Assembly: GCF_009914755.1 (NCBI RefSeq)
Contig: NC_060940.1
Length of the DNA: 64,000 bases
Origin: the human T2T-CHM13v2.0 reference genome, Homo sapiens
Direction: 5' to 3' (one strand)
In this document: positions 1 to 13,315 of the stretch, piece after piece
Position numbering within the stretch: position 1 is the first letter of the stretch
How the letters are laid out: each line of letters opens with the position of its first letter
Translations under genes and position numbers: made by a program
Notes under the pieces: model-generated
Told to the model about the DNA's origin: nothing
Database searches by the model: none
Seen by the model: only the letters and a program-made list of their open reading frames with translations

Positions 1-69
1 TGGACGCTCAGCTCATCAAGACTGTCACTGATGACCTGGGAGATGGTGGCAATTCCCTTGATTAACTTA

Positions 70-205
70 AGGCCCAGGTTCCTCATCTGTGAGTGGGGAT
101 ATTAACAGCTTCCCTACAAACTTGCCTGGAAGAGGAGCAATGTTTGTCAAGTCCTTTTCATGGTACCTGGTGTGAGAAATGATCAACACTGAAAGCTATT
201 ATTGT
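70..205 (+). mobile_element. MIR SINE fragment
   Basis: Core 'ttcctcatctgtgagtggggatattaacag' and 3' end 'gctattatt' resemble MIR consensus. Confidence 0.7.
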
Positions 206-208
206 TAG

Positions 209-564
<356 letters not shown>

Positions 565-649
565 AGCTAGAGAGATGTCTGAATGAATTGCAGTGGCCAT
601 GAGAGGGATAAATCGAGCAGGTAGATCACTCTCCCCACTGCAACAGCAT

Positions 650-780
650 CCATTTTACCCCCTATATTTTACAGGTAAGGAGAATGAATTTCAGGTGAGT
701 TAGCGGGTTCGTACCTAATGGCACATTCAGGACTCATACTCAACCTCCTTGATCCATGATTCAGTGTTCTCTCTGCTATC
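650..780 (-). mobile_element. Degenerate MIR fragment
   Basis: 'attttacaggtaaggagaatgaa' resembles antisense MIR core 'attttacagatgaggaaactgag'. Confidence 0.5.
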
Positions 781-1109
781 TTGCACTGCCTGCCAAAAAA
801 TTCAGGTGACCACAGACAAGGACACACCAGGAGCGTACCTGAGTTGACAGTGAGATGACTGATAAGACGTCCCCAGCATGAGGTTTTAACCATGGACATA
901 GATCTTTGGACTAGCAAAGCCAGGTCTCCCGTTATAAGTGGACCATCCTTTCTGAGTTCCAGACACTGCCTTCCATGTCTGTTCACCGGCACTCAATTGG
1001 TACAACTGTGAGATGCATGATGCTAGGCAACCTGTCTTGCAGAAATTTTGACAGTACACATTTTAAGCCTTAAAAATCTCCCCATTGGTGCTCACGTGAG
1101 TCTAGGCAT

Positions 1110-1675
<566 letters not shown>

Positions 1676-1849
1676 ATGCAAGTCCCCTACTTTGCTCTGT
1701 TCTTCCAGAAAATTATCCTAAGGAAATAAAGATGCATACAGAAAAGGCCATAATGTCTACCATAAGAGGTTTTAAAGTAAATTCTCACCCAGCTGCTTGG
1801 TGGGTGAGGGCAGTGGGTCATGGTGAGTGAGGGTCAGCTTGGCTGGGTG

Positions 1850-2040
1850 ACCTTGTACTGCTTATCTTGCTCAGCCTCAGCCGAGCTACTTAATGTCTCT
1901 GTGCCTTGGGCATCTCATCTAGAAAATGAATGTAATATAATAACATCTATGTCATCCCATATTTGTGTCCAGTCTGTACATGTAATTTGTGTGCAGGATA
2001 GAATCTGGCACCATGTATGCGTCTCAGTAAGTGTGAGCTA
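1850..2040 (+). mobile_element. MIR fragment
   Basis: 'tacttaatgtctctgtgcctt...ctcatctagaaaatg' and 'ctggcaccatgta...ctcagtaagtgtgagcta'. Confidence 0.6.
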
Positions 2041-3369
2041 GAATCATGTTCAAGAAGAACACTCATGACATGAGAAAATGTTGCTGTTAGTGAAAACTGG
2101 AGACGAGAAAGCCATACTTATACTATTGATGCTATTTTTGAAAGGCATAGAGATGTGTATAACAGTGGCTAGAAAATTTTGCCCAAATGTTATCAGTAGG
2201 TGGTGCATTTTTGTTTTCCTTTCTAAACTCTGCCATGATTTCTAAAAACTAACTCAATGAGCACTAGTATGTTGAATTTTAAAATGAGAATAAAATGTGA
2301 CTCTGTTAAGTACAAATGGCCAGATAACATCGCGTCTCAGCTGCTTTGCGTGTTTAACCTCAGCCCTTATCATTATTTCTGTGCTGCCTGTAAGCCGCAG
2401 AATCTGTCTCTGAGATGCTGCATTTCCCTAAGAAAGGAGGAGGAGTGAGACGCCTCTGGGGTGTGTGGTTATTTGCTGTTGTTAATATCAGGGATGGTCA
2501 CGATCACCACAGTCCGGAAGTGCATGCAGTCTGCTCGTAAAACATGTGCAACACTCTAGAGCATGCAGGGTACGGGAGCCAGCCCAGCAGAGTGGTCAGT
2601 CACCTGCTCCATGGGGACCAGGGTCTGCTCCAACTTCCACACTCTGAATCCAGCCCCAGACAGGAGTCTCTAAGCGGACATGGGCTGACAAATGGAGCTG
2701 CATCAGCACTGTTCCAGGGAGAGCCTTGTGGGGTCCAAGCCCATTTTCTTTGCTTCCAAATTTTCCTCTCTCCTGTAATGGAGCTAGCCTGCAGTGGCTA
2801 GGCTTCTCTTCTCCAGCCTGTTTGTTCTCCTGAAGGTCTCTGATGGGCATTTGTGGGCACTCAAGCCATTTATCCCACTCTCCTCCAGGTTGCTGGCCCT
2901 CAACAGGCTTTGGGGAAGGAACAAGGGGCCACCTGCCCCTGAAATTTAGGGATCAGGCTCAGCAGAGCTGTGGTAGTCAGTTAGGCACCCAGCAAACTTG
3001 AACTTCTGTGATCTAAATAGACATCCCCTCTCCCTTCAAGAGCCTGCTCCAACCCTGTTGGCAAGTATAGTGCTAGTGAAGCCCCCAGCCCACCCCCAAG
3101 GTCTCTCTGCACTTCTGGTTCTCATCCAGGAAGAAACCTAGATGTCAGACTGCCCACTGCTGTGCGACTAGGGGAGGGAGGGTAGAGAGAAGATGGGACC
3201 CAGTCTCAGGCTGCCTCTGCCTCCATTTATTGGAGGGTCCCAGAGCCCACCACATCCAGGCTGAAAGAAGGGAGATCCCCCCCATCCCAGATTACATTTT
3301 GGGAGGTTAAAAATTCTCCTCCTTCTACATCCTGACAACCATCCCCTAAACCCCAGAATGAGTGTCTGC

Positions 3370-3892
3370 TTGTAGCACTTCGTGTAAAACTCACCGATGG
3401 CTTTCCATAGAATTAGAAACGAAAGCCAATTCCTCACCAGGCCGGCTGGCTCGAATCCTCCATGACTTACCTTCTCCCTTCCTGGCTCTGCTCAGTCCCC
3501 TTGGCCTTCTGTCTGCTCCTGGGATGCCCACGCTTGCCCACTCCGGGCCTTTGCAGATGCTGTTCCCCATGCTTGGAAAACTGGCCTCCTCCCCACTCAC
3601 CAGCCACCAGCCACCACTCTGCAGGATGGGTCAGTGTTTATCAATTCAGAGCTTCGCTGAGTTCCTGTGAAGTCACCCCCAGTTGCTTTCTTCATAGCAC
3701 TGGTCACAACAGGTAATTCCTTTATGTCTTTGTTTGATTACTGTCTACTCCCCCACCACTAGGAGGTGGCTCCATGACACTAAGTGCTTGTCCTTCATGG
3801 CCACACACATCTCCCCAGTGCTAAGAATATGCAGGGCACGTAGTAGGTGCTCCGTAAATCATTGCTGGGTGAAAAAAGGATGGAAGAATGAG
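3370..3892 (+). mobile_element. L2 LINE 3' fragment
   Basis: 'gggcctttgcagatgctgttcccc' and terminal 'gcacgtagtaggtgctccgtaaatcattgctg'. Confidence 0.75.
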
Positions 3893-4420
3893 GTCTTCAC
3901 TTGATAGAACACAGGCTCTTGGTTGCATATAAAAATTTGCTTCCCCAGAGAAGAAAGTGATTCTGCTCATGTCTTAGGGTACAGGGGGCAGGACTGCTGG
4001 TCATCCTAGCCTAAGAGAGTCCAGTGGTGGGGACAGACATGACACAAAAAAGGACAATAGAGGCTGAGAAGGGCAACAGCAGGAATGGCCCAATGTACCC
4101 AGAGGAGGGTGGATTTGATTTAATTCTAATGGGGTGGGAAGGGGGAGTTAGGGATGATAATGCTCAGAAGGACTTGGAAAACCAAAGGTGATGTGGCAAG
4201 AGGCATATGTGGGAAGGGCAGGCTGTGAGGCCAGGTCAAGGCAGGGAAGTGTGACACAGCACAGTGCATAGTGGGACTACCTGCAGTGAGCCCCAGCTAA
4301 GAGAGTGGGCAGCTGGCTGGAAAATAAGGCAGAAGCTGACTGGGATATTTTTTCTTGCTTCCTTTTCTCTTTAACACTTGCCATCAACTAACAACTCCAT
4401 ACACTTGACTCATTTATCTT

Positions 4421-4930
<510 letters not shown>

Positions 4931-5264
4931 TGCTGCCGATCTTCGGCATTGACCAGTGAGTGTTCAACAGGCGAAGCATCGGTGCCTGATAGTCTTAGGT
5001 GTTATGTGAATAAATGTTCTTCATTTTCACAGAGATTTTTAAAAACTCACTTTGGTATGATATAGGAGCTGGCATCCAATCTGTGACTTCATAGATGTTA
5101 TTGCTTAGAGTGAGGCCAAATTAAAAAAAAAAAAGTTGAGTTCTTTTAAAGAAAACTATTTGTATAGCAAAGTACAAAATCCAGGTGGAAAATAGCACAC
5201 CCAAGACAGATACAACCAAACTAACATTCTAGAAAGATGGCTCAGGCAATACCCTGGGGTGTAG

Positions 5265-5750
<486 letters not shown>

Positions 5751-6374
5751 TAAGACTTAGCACAGGAGCTTCTACATGGTAGCTACTCAGTAAATATTTA
5801 ACAAATTTGTGGATGAATGAGTAACTGTGAGTCTCTTCATCCAAATAATCCGGGGGACTTCTCATGCCCTTCTCTGGGGGAAAGATGCCTCTATAGAGGA
5901 GACAATTAGAAGGAGGCCAGGGACACTGCAGAGGGACGGCCTGCCCCGCCTGTCAGGCTGGCTGCAGTGGAGCCCTCTTCTGGCCAGCCTTTGCCGCTTG
6001 CAGAGTGACAGGTTCAAAGAATGAGAAGTTCCTGCAGCAGATGGGAAAATGATGAGGGCAGGGCCTGGCCTCAAAGACAATTTCATTGACACTCCCATTA
6101 ATCACCTTTGGCCCTGAGTCCTTGGGGGCGTTGGGGGTGGAGGTTAGTGGAAGGGAGGGGCCAGAATGCTCAACTAACTCAGTCCTCCTCCTGACAGTGG
6201 AGAGGGCTGGGAGAAGGACTCCATCTCTTAAGTTGCTCATATGGACTTTTCACGAGTTATTCCAGACTGGCTGCAGAAAACATCATGCACAATCCTAGGT
6301 GACATTCCAGGAGGGACCAGGACAGTCTGCCTGCCCCCAGGCAGTCACATTGAGGGCAGAATGGCCAGGGAGGG

Positions 6375-6600
6375 GGCTAATATTTGGAGAGTCCCTTCCG
6401 TGTACCACTCACCACAGCAGGAGCTTTACATATGTTGTCTGAGGTCATTGCCACGACAACTGTGCAGGATGGGTAGTTTTTGCAGATGAGGCCTCAGAGG
6501 TTTGGGGGACTGAGCTCCTTAGTGAGGGCCAGACAGCCAGTAGGTATCGTCACTGGAAGTCGAACTGGGCTCTTTCGAATTCTAAAACTCATGTTCTCTC
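6375..6600 (-). mobile_element. MIR
   Basis: 'gctttacatatgttgtct...ttttgcagatgaggcctcagagg' antisense MIR. Confidence 0.65.
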
Positions 6601-8689
6601 TAATACTCACAGCCTTACTCTCTATCCAAAATAGACCTCTGGGCTCTGTGCCTAAAGCAATAGAAAATGTAGACAAAGGACATGATACTTGGGACAGAAC
6701 TATTTTGGGATGTTTTTGTGGCTAGATGCTCTGGACCTGGGGAGAAAGCCTTAAGACAAAATCTGTTAGGTCAAGGGCCTCGGGTGGATACCTTATCTGT
6801 TTATGCAACCCATAGGGAAGGGAGCTCCAGCAGAGGATACAGCACACGCAAAGGCATGGAGGTGTGAGAATGGCAATTTGTTCACAGCATGGAAATGAGA
6901 GAGGGGTGGACGTGCCCAGAGGGACGAGCTGGGCTGCTGGGCCCTTACAGTCTTACAGTTCCTTCTGTAAGAGCAGAATCTGCTCTGAGCCAGGCAGGAT
7001 GCTCTAGGGAAGGAGTCAATGCTTGCACCATCCAGAGCCCCTTTGTTGGTAATGGGACTGAACTCCCAGCCAATCTAAATGGGAGACATTCTAGAAAATA
7101 TTAGAGAGTTATCTAGAAGCTGGTGGGTGAACGGTATTGAAGGGGTGCAGAAATAACCGTAGCATTTTTTTGAAGAACTTAGGAGTGGCATCTTATTCTC
7201 TCATAATGTATGTTTGCAGCAGAGTAATGAGTAGGACAATCAGATACACATTTATCCCATAGCTCGTGTCAAACAAAAGGAGCAGGAATTCGGAGACAGT
7301 CATTTCACCCATAGGATGTGACTGATATTTTCCATATTGACACAGTGTGGCCCAGTGTTAATGCAGGTCATCAACACTCTTTTACCAAGTTTTTACCGCT
7401 TGCCAGGAACTGGGACTAGGCAGTGAACTAGGCAGACACGGCCTCTCATTGAACTTATAACCCTGGTATATCTAGGGAGGCCGGGAAATGGATAACTAAA
7501 CGCATCATTGCATCCAAGAGTTTTGGCCAAGTCATTGCAACTTTCTCACGTTAGTCTTCATAGTCTTCAAACTGGGGAAATTTTCTAAGGGAAGTCAAGA
7601 CAGAGATGGGGAATGGCTATCTATAGTTACAAATATTAACATAGCACTTTGGAGGATATGATTTGATTTCCATATCTGGAAGTGTCCTAAGAGAAGATAT
7701 TATCTTTGTTCATGTTCTATAAAAATCCAAGAGTATTTGTAATTTGGGCCTGAACCATTTGTCCTTGTCCTAAAGGGGTGGCGCTCAGGCAGTGACGTTC
7801 TAAAATTTAACTTTGTTTCTTCATGCCAATACCTTTCCCCTTGTGGGGCCCAGGATTCTCTTTCCTCTTCTTCCGTTTTCTCTGTTCCTCATGCCAATCT
7901 TAGTCCAAGTGTCTTTGCTAATTTTGAAACCATAGGGTTTTTAAACCTGTCATTCTGTGTTTGCATGTGGAGTGGGGGAGGAGGTTGTCTCCTCAACCTT
8001 ACTTTCCCTGGTAATTAGCTTGGAGATTCATGAGAGTTCATTGCCAGTCAACTCCACTTTTGTGACTGGTCTTCTGTCTGGCACCATGTACTTTCCAAGA
8101 GTTCTGCTCTTAAGCTGCAGAACAGGCATGAAGCAATCTCACTTTGTTGCCACTTGCTCCACAACCACCATTTCTAGGTGGTCCCACATCCCTTAATCCC
8201 TCTGGTCTCCTGAAAGACTGGTTCTGGTGGCTAGATGTTTGTTTTAGCCTAGAAGGAAAAGTCTAGATGTAAGCTTTCCTGTGGCAAGAGAGCCCCAAGA
8301 CAACCAGTAGTCAAAGCAGACACATCCGCTGTGTCTGTAAATGGAGAAGACTCCAGGGGAATGGAAAACAGTCCCATGAAGATTGAAATCCCTCCTGTTC
8401 ATGAGGCAGAATAGGAAGTGGAAGCTTTGAGAAGTGAGATCATATTGTAGGATCACATTGTAAGCAGAGCTGGGACTTGAAAACAGATCTTCCATCTCAG
8501 TCCAGAGGGGGCAAAAATAGAGAAACCTTAGCTTGAAAAACTCAGGGGATTTGGACAGTTGTAAGGGAACTAAAAACAACTGCCTGCCCTTGGAAATCTG
8601 CATGGCCTCGGAGACTGTGCTAAACACATTGGGTGTGTTCTTTTATCCAATCTTTACTGTAACTAAGCATTTTAATCAATGGCCAAGTC

Positions 8690-8880
8690 ATCAGTTAGGT
8701 TAAATAACTTGCTCAAAGCCTTGCCCTGAGAACACAGCAGAGTCTATGGCCATACCATTCTGAATGTGCCCTATCTCTTCTGATCTTGTGAAGCTAAGCA
8801 GGGTCAGGCCTGGTTAGTACTTGGATGGGAGACTATGGCGAGGCTGAGCCAGGATTTGACCCCAACAGTTGAGCTCTATC
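8690..8880 (-). mobile_element. MIR fragment split by the 5S pseudogene
   Basis: 'ggttaaataacttgctcaaag' before and 'gagccaggatttgacccca' after the insertion are colinear MIR segments. Confidence 0.6.
8742..8833 (+). pseudogene. 5S rRNA pseudogene, 3'-truncated (about nt 1-91 of 5S)
   Basis: GTCTATGGCCATACC...AAGCTAAGCAGGGTCAGGCCTGGTTAGTACTTGGATGGGAGAC matches vertebrate 5S rRNA; differences mostly at CpGs; last ~30 nt missing. RNA5SP number cannot be assigned from sequence. Confidence 0.95.
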
Positions 8881-9744
8881 CTCTCTCAAATGCTGCTTTT
8901 GCTGAGTCAGACAAAAGAATTATGGCTTTCCTCTTAAGACCTAGTCATCTTTTGGGAGATGTCTTTCTCCAGGAAGACCTCCCTAAATGCTCCAAGCCAC
9001 AACCAGCACATCTCCCAGATACAAATGTCTAACCTCTAGGAAACTTACTCAGCAGCCCACCTCACCCCACCAGTTTCCCATGGATCTGAAGCTCCATGTC
9101 TTCAAGACAGCGGTTCCTGCCTTCGTCATACTTTTGAGTACCAGTTCCCTCCACCCCACAGTTCCCAAATTTTAATTCAGTACCAAATTCTCAGGAGACA
9201 CTCAGAGACTTGCAAAGTCAAAGGGGAAGACTGAGAAAGGGAAGCTGTGGGAACCAGAACTCGCCTGTGACTAATGCTGATCTTTCACTGAAATCAACTC
9301 TTTAGGAAGCTCTTTGAAAAAAATCAACTAATTTTAAGTCAAGTAATTTTTTTTAACTCTACGAATTTCCTCATCTGCCATGGGAGGTAATATATTCAAA
9401 GCACCTAGGCACACATGGATATTGCATAAATGAAAGTCATTATTATTATTATTCAAGATCCATTAATTTCATTGGTCAGTTGAATAAGGATGTATTCCCC
9501 CTGTTTAATCTAAATTCATCAAGTGTAAGATGGTGGCCAAAAAGTCATGGTGTAAAGACAATACTTTAATCCTGACTATCATTCTTAGGCACATAAATCA
9601 GCCCTCTCTCTGAATTCTCTTAGTGTTTTCACTTGAGTCTCACTCCCCAATAGTTGGTTGTGGCAATGACTGACCTCCCAGCCTCCTCTCACTTCTCTCT
9701 TTCGCCAGGGTCCCGAATAAGTGACTCTAAGGAAGAAATAAGTA

Positions 9745-10654
9745 CAGCAGTTCTCCCTTATCCAAGTACGATATGTTCCAAGACCTCCAGTGGACCCGAT
9801 ACCACAGATAGTTCTGAACCCTATATACAGTATATTTTTCCCTTGACATACGTACCTATGATAAAGATTAATTTAAAAATTAGGCACAGTAAGAGATTAA
9901 CAGTAATAACTAATAATAACAGAACAATTAGAACTATATACTATTCATAATTTCACAAACAGAGGATTCACTGTTACCACAGATCTTAGCAATCTCAGCA
10001 CACAATGTTTTTCCTATCCTTAAGTCCAGAACTTTCACCTTTTCCCCTAAAGGAAGCACTTTACAGCTTCTCTTTGGCATATCTGATTGCCAGCATCTCG
10101 ACTCTAGTTCTTTGGGGCTACTACCAAATGAAATAAGGGTTACTTGAACATGAGCACTGTGATACGCAGCAGTCGAGCTGATGACTGAGATGGCTGCTAA
10201 GTGACTCACAGGTGGGGAGTGTCTACAGCAGGAATATGTTGAACACAGGGAGAATTCAACTTTTCTTTTTCTCCTTCCCTTTTCTTCCCTTTCCTCTCCT
10301 CTCCTTTCTTTTCTTCTTTTCTTTTCTTTTTCTTTTTCTTTTATTTCTTTGAGGTCTCACTGTGTTGCCTAGGCTGGTCTCGAACTCCTGAGCTCAAGTG
10401 ATCCTCCTGACTTGACCTCCCAAAGTGCTAGGATTATAGGTGTGAGCCACCACAGCCGGCCAGAATTCATGTCTTGAGGGACAGAGCCAAAGCTGGAGGG
10501 AGCAGGATTTGATCACACTACTCAGAATGGCACACAATTTAAAACTTATAAATTGTTTATGTCTAGAATTTTCCATTTAATATTTTCAGTCCATGGTTGA
10601 CCACGGGTAACTGAAACCCTGGAAAGGAAAACCATGGATAAGGGGGGACTACTG
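9745..10654 (-). mobile_element. MER44 (Tigger7-derived TcMar DNA transposon), both ends intact
   Basis: TIRs CAGCAGTTCTCCCTTATCC / GGATAAGGGGGGACTACTG flanked by TA at 9743-9744 and 10655-10656; internal transposase N-terminal relic. Confidence 0.92.
10259..10461 (-). mobile_element. FLAM-C-like Alu monomer nested in MER44
   Basis: Single left arm with ~90-bp T/C tail; 8-bp TSD AGAATTCA at 10251-10258 and 10462-10469. Confidence 0.9.
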
Positions 10655-11024
10655 TAATATACCTTGAATCCAAGCCTTTAATAGAGGGGTTCTGAGGACT
10701 CCCAGAGCAAAGGGGTAGGTCCCAAAAGGCAATAAGAGCATCTCTGGCTGTTATTATCAAAGTCAGAAAGATGGAAAGAAAGAAGTTGATAACCAAGAAA
10801 AAAACAACATGGTGGTGTATGGAACACTTGGACTGGGTTGTCTTTCTGGAAATAGCCATATGCATGATATCAAGATCTTTCCTCACCTCTGATGCTGCAC
10901 TTTTATTACTTATATAAGAATTAAGCTTCCAAGCTTCAACCAGCTTCTTCATCTTGAGACATGAGGGAGAGTAGGGTAGAGTGATGGATTGGGCTGGGTG
11001 GATTTATTTATAATTTGGTCATGT

Positions 11025-11300
11025 AATAAACATTTTTTGAGCAACTACTATGTGAGACACAGGATACTGGGCTTGGAAGGCAAGGCACCGAACATGATCC
11101 TGCTGCCTGCCTTGTTAGAAAAAGGTACCAACCAGTAATGCTCATGAAGAGGAGATGAGGAGATAGAAGTGTTCACAGGGTATCATGGTAATGACATGTA
11201 TCTTTCCTTTGATTGCAGGGAGACTCACACATTCCTGGACTCAAGCACAGCATGGAGCACATGGCAGCTCTCAATAAACTGTTGTTGAATGAATGAGTTA
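11025..11300. mobile_element. Two L2 3' fragments in opposite orientation
   Basis: 'aacattttttgagcaactactatgtg' (minus) and 'ctcaataaactgttgttgaatgaatga' (plus). Confidence 0.65.
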
Positions 11301-11379
11301 CCATAGTTATTTACTAGTCTGTCTCCACTATGGGGCTGTGAATCCATCCTAAGTAATAATTGCTTATGCATGTAATACA

Positions 11380-11620
11380 CTATAAAGTCAGGATAGCTAA
11401 GAGACCCCAACATCTCAGAAGCCTAGAACAACAAAGTTCAATTTTGCTGAAGTTACAGGTCACCATGGATCAGCGTGGAAGTTCTGTCCATGAAGATTCA
11501 CACTGATGAAGCAGCTGCCATCTTGGATGTGGTGGGGTATTGTGCCCATTATGAAAATCACTCTATGGAGGGTCCAGCTAGCACTTGCAGTTAGATCTGC
11601 CAGCCTGGAAGTGGTTCACG
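11380..11620 (-). mobile_element. Old MLT1 (ERVL-MaLR) LTR fragment
   Basis: 'ccccaacatctcagaagcctagaacaacaaag...gcagctgccatctt...cctggaagtgg'. Confidence 0.45.
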
Positions 11621-11934
11621 TGGTTACTGCTCAGGACTCACTACCCAGAACAAGGAGGAGAGGAGATACACGAAAAGTGTGAGCTCTGCAGATTGTTTTA
11701 GGTGTGTGTGTGTACGTGTGTGGTATGGGAAAGGAGGAGTGAATGGGCCAGTGAATGGGAGGAATCCCCTTTGCCCGCTGCTGCGGGGCTGTTGTTCTAG
11801 GGCCAAGTACCAAGTGTGAAGATACACAGAGGGATAATGGCAGAATGGCTCACGGCCAATCAGCTGGTGGCGGACAGTGCAGACGCACTACCTCTGGGAT
11901 GCACCGGGTAGTATGACATGGAGAGAGTTCTTCA

Positions 11935-12080
11935 GTCTTTTGGGCAAGACACTTCATCTTTGTGAGCCTCTACCTCCTCTTCTATGAAATGAGATTAAGA
12001 TGAACACCTGCTTCAATGGTGTTGTCAGGAGTAAGGGGAGAACACAAAGAGTGCAGCGTACATGTGCCCAGTAGATGTTT
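11935..12080 (+). mobile_element. MIR fragment
   Basis: 'tgggcaagacacttcatctttgtgagcctc...ctatgaaatgag'. Confidence 0.6.
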
Positions 12081-12574
12081 ATGATGAGGCCAGGGGACAA
12101 GGGTCTGGAGGGAGCTTCCTAAGTGACAGATTATTTCTTTCCACTAAGACTAGGAGGTGGGAGTGAGGATGGGGTGGGCTGGGGAATACTCCACCTGGCC
12201 CGTTCTCAGGTGCCTGGGGGTGTGGGCGGGGGCACGCCTTTCCCCTGGTTCTCCGGCTTGTGGGACTTAATCACACCTCAGTTACTGGCAGAGCTGTCCG
12301 GGTGGCACTGAGTCACATCCTCCCCTCTAGGGGAGCTGGGTCTCTGAACTCTCACTGAACATCTTTACTGTTTTGACCCACACAATAAATCCCAAGAAAA
12401 ACAACATGGCCCCCAGAGTGGCCTCGTTGCTTCTGTTATGCCCTCCATGACCATGGGGTGTGGACATGAGCTTCCCAGCCCTGGGGTTGGAATCAGCTAC
12501 CCCCTCTCCCCCACAAACACCGGAATTGTGCGTAACTGTACCCATACCATGCAAGAAAAATGTAGTCGTCTCAG

Positions 12575-12805
12575 CTTGAGGGTTATGATCATGGGCTTGT
12601 AGGAAACCTCTGTTCATATCCTGAGTCTTTTGCTCCTGGCTGCAGGATTTTGAGCAAGTCACTTCACCTCTCTAAGCCTCCATTTCCTCATCTGTCAAAT
12701 GGTCATAGTAATGATGGCACTAGCCTGTTAGGATTACTGTGAAAGTGAATTCAGACAATGCATAGTAAAAGTGCAAGGCTGGAACGTAATATAGGTTAGC
12801 AATTG
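12575..12805 (+). mobile_element. MIR, near full length
   Basis: 'gagcaagtcacttcacctctctaagcctccatttcctcatctgtcaaatgg'. Confidence 0.8.
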
Positions 12806-13114
12806 TGACCACCTTTCCCCACAGTAGCCACATTTCTGTAGTCGAACTAGGACAACAGGTTTTGCAACAACAGACATAGAGTTGTTTAAAAATTAAGGAA
12901 GAAACAATGGCATTTCTCAGCTAAATGAAAAGAACTGGAAGAATGAATTAGCCAAACTGTAGGCTGAAAGAAATCAAACTACCCAAGAAACATTGCAACA
13001 GGAAGCCCACCAACTCCATATATCAGTTTCAAAAGAGGACCCCAATCCTGAGAAAGAAATTCTCACTGTGCTGCCGGCCACCTGGGGCAGCCAACATCAT
13101 GCACACAAGCCGCA

Positions 13115-13315
13115 TTGTCAGATGCTTGTCTGCAATTCTTCCCTGTGACTTACCAGTGGTATAGCCCTGGGCAAGCCATTTCACTCTTTTGCACCTCTCT
13201 TTCTCTGCCTGATAAATGGGAGTAATGATCAGGATCTCTTAGGAGTGTGAGAATTAAGAGATAAAAGCTCCTCAGCTGTGGCTTGCTCATAGTAGGTGTT
13301 TTGATATTTGCTAGT
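13115..13315 (+). mobile_element. MIR
   Basis: 'ctgggcaagccatttcactct...taaatgggagtaatgat...catagtaggtgtt'. Confidence 0.65.

Noticed and set aside
8742-8833. Functional 5S rRNA gene
   Set aside because: 3' ~30 nt missing so helix I cannot form, CpGs decayed, not in a tandem array
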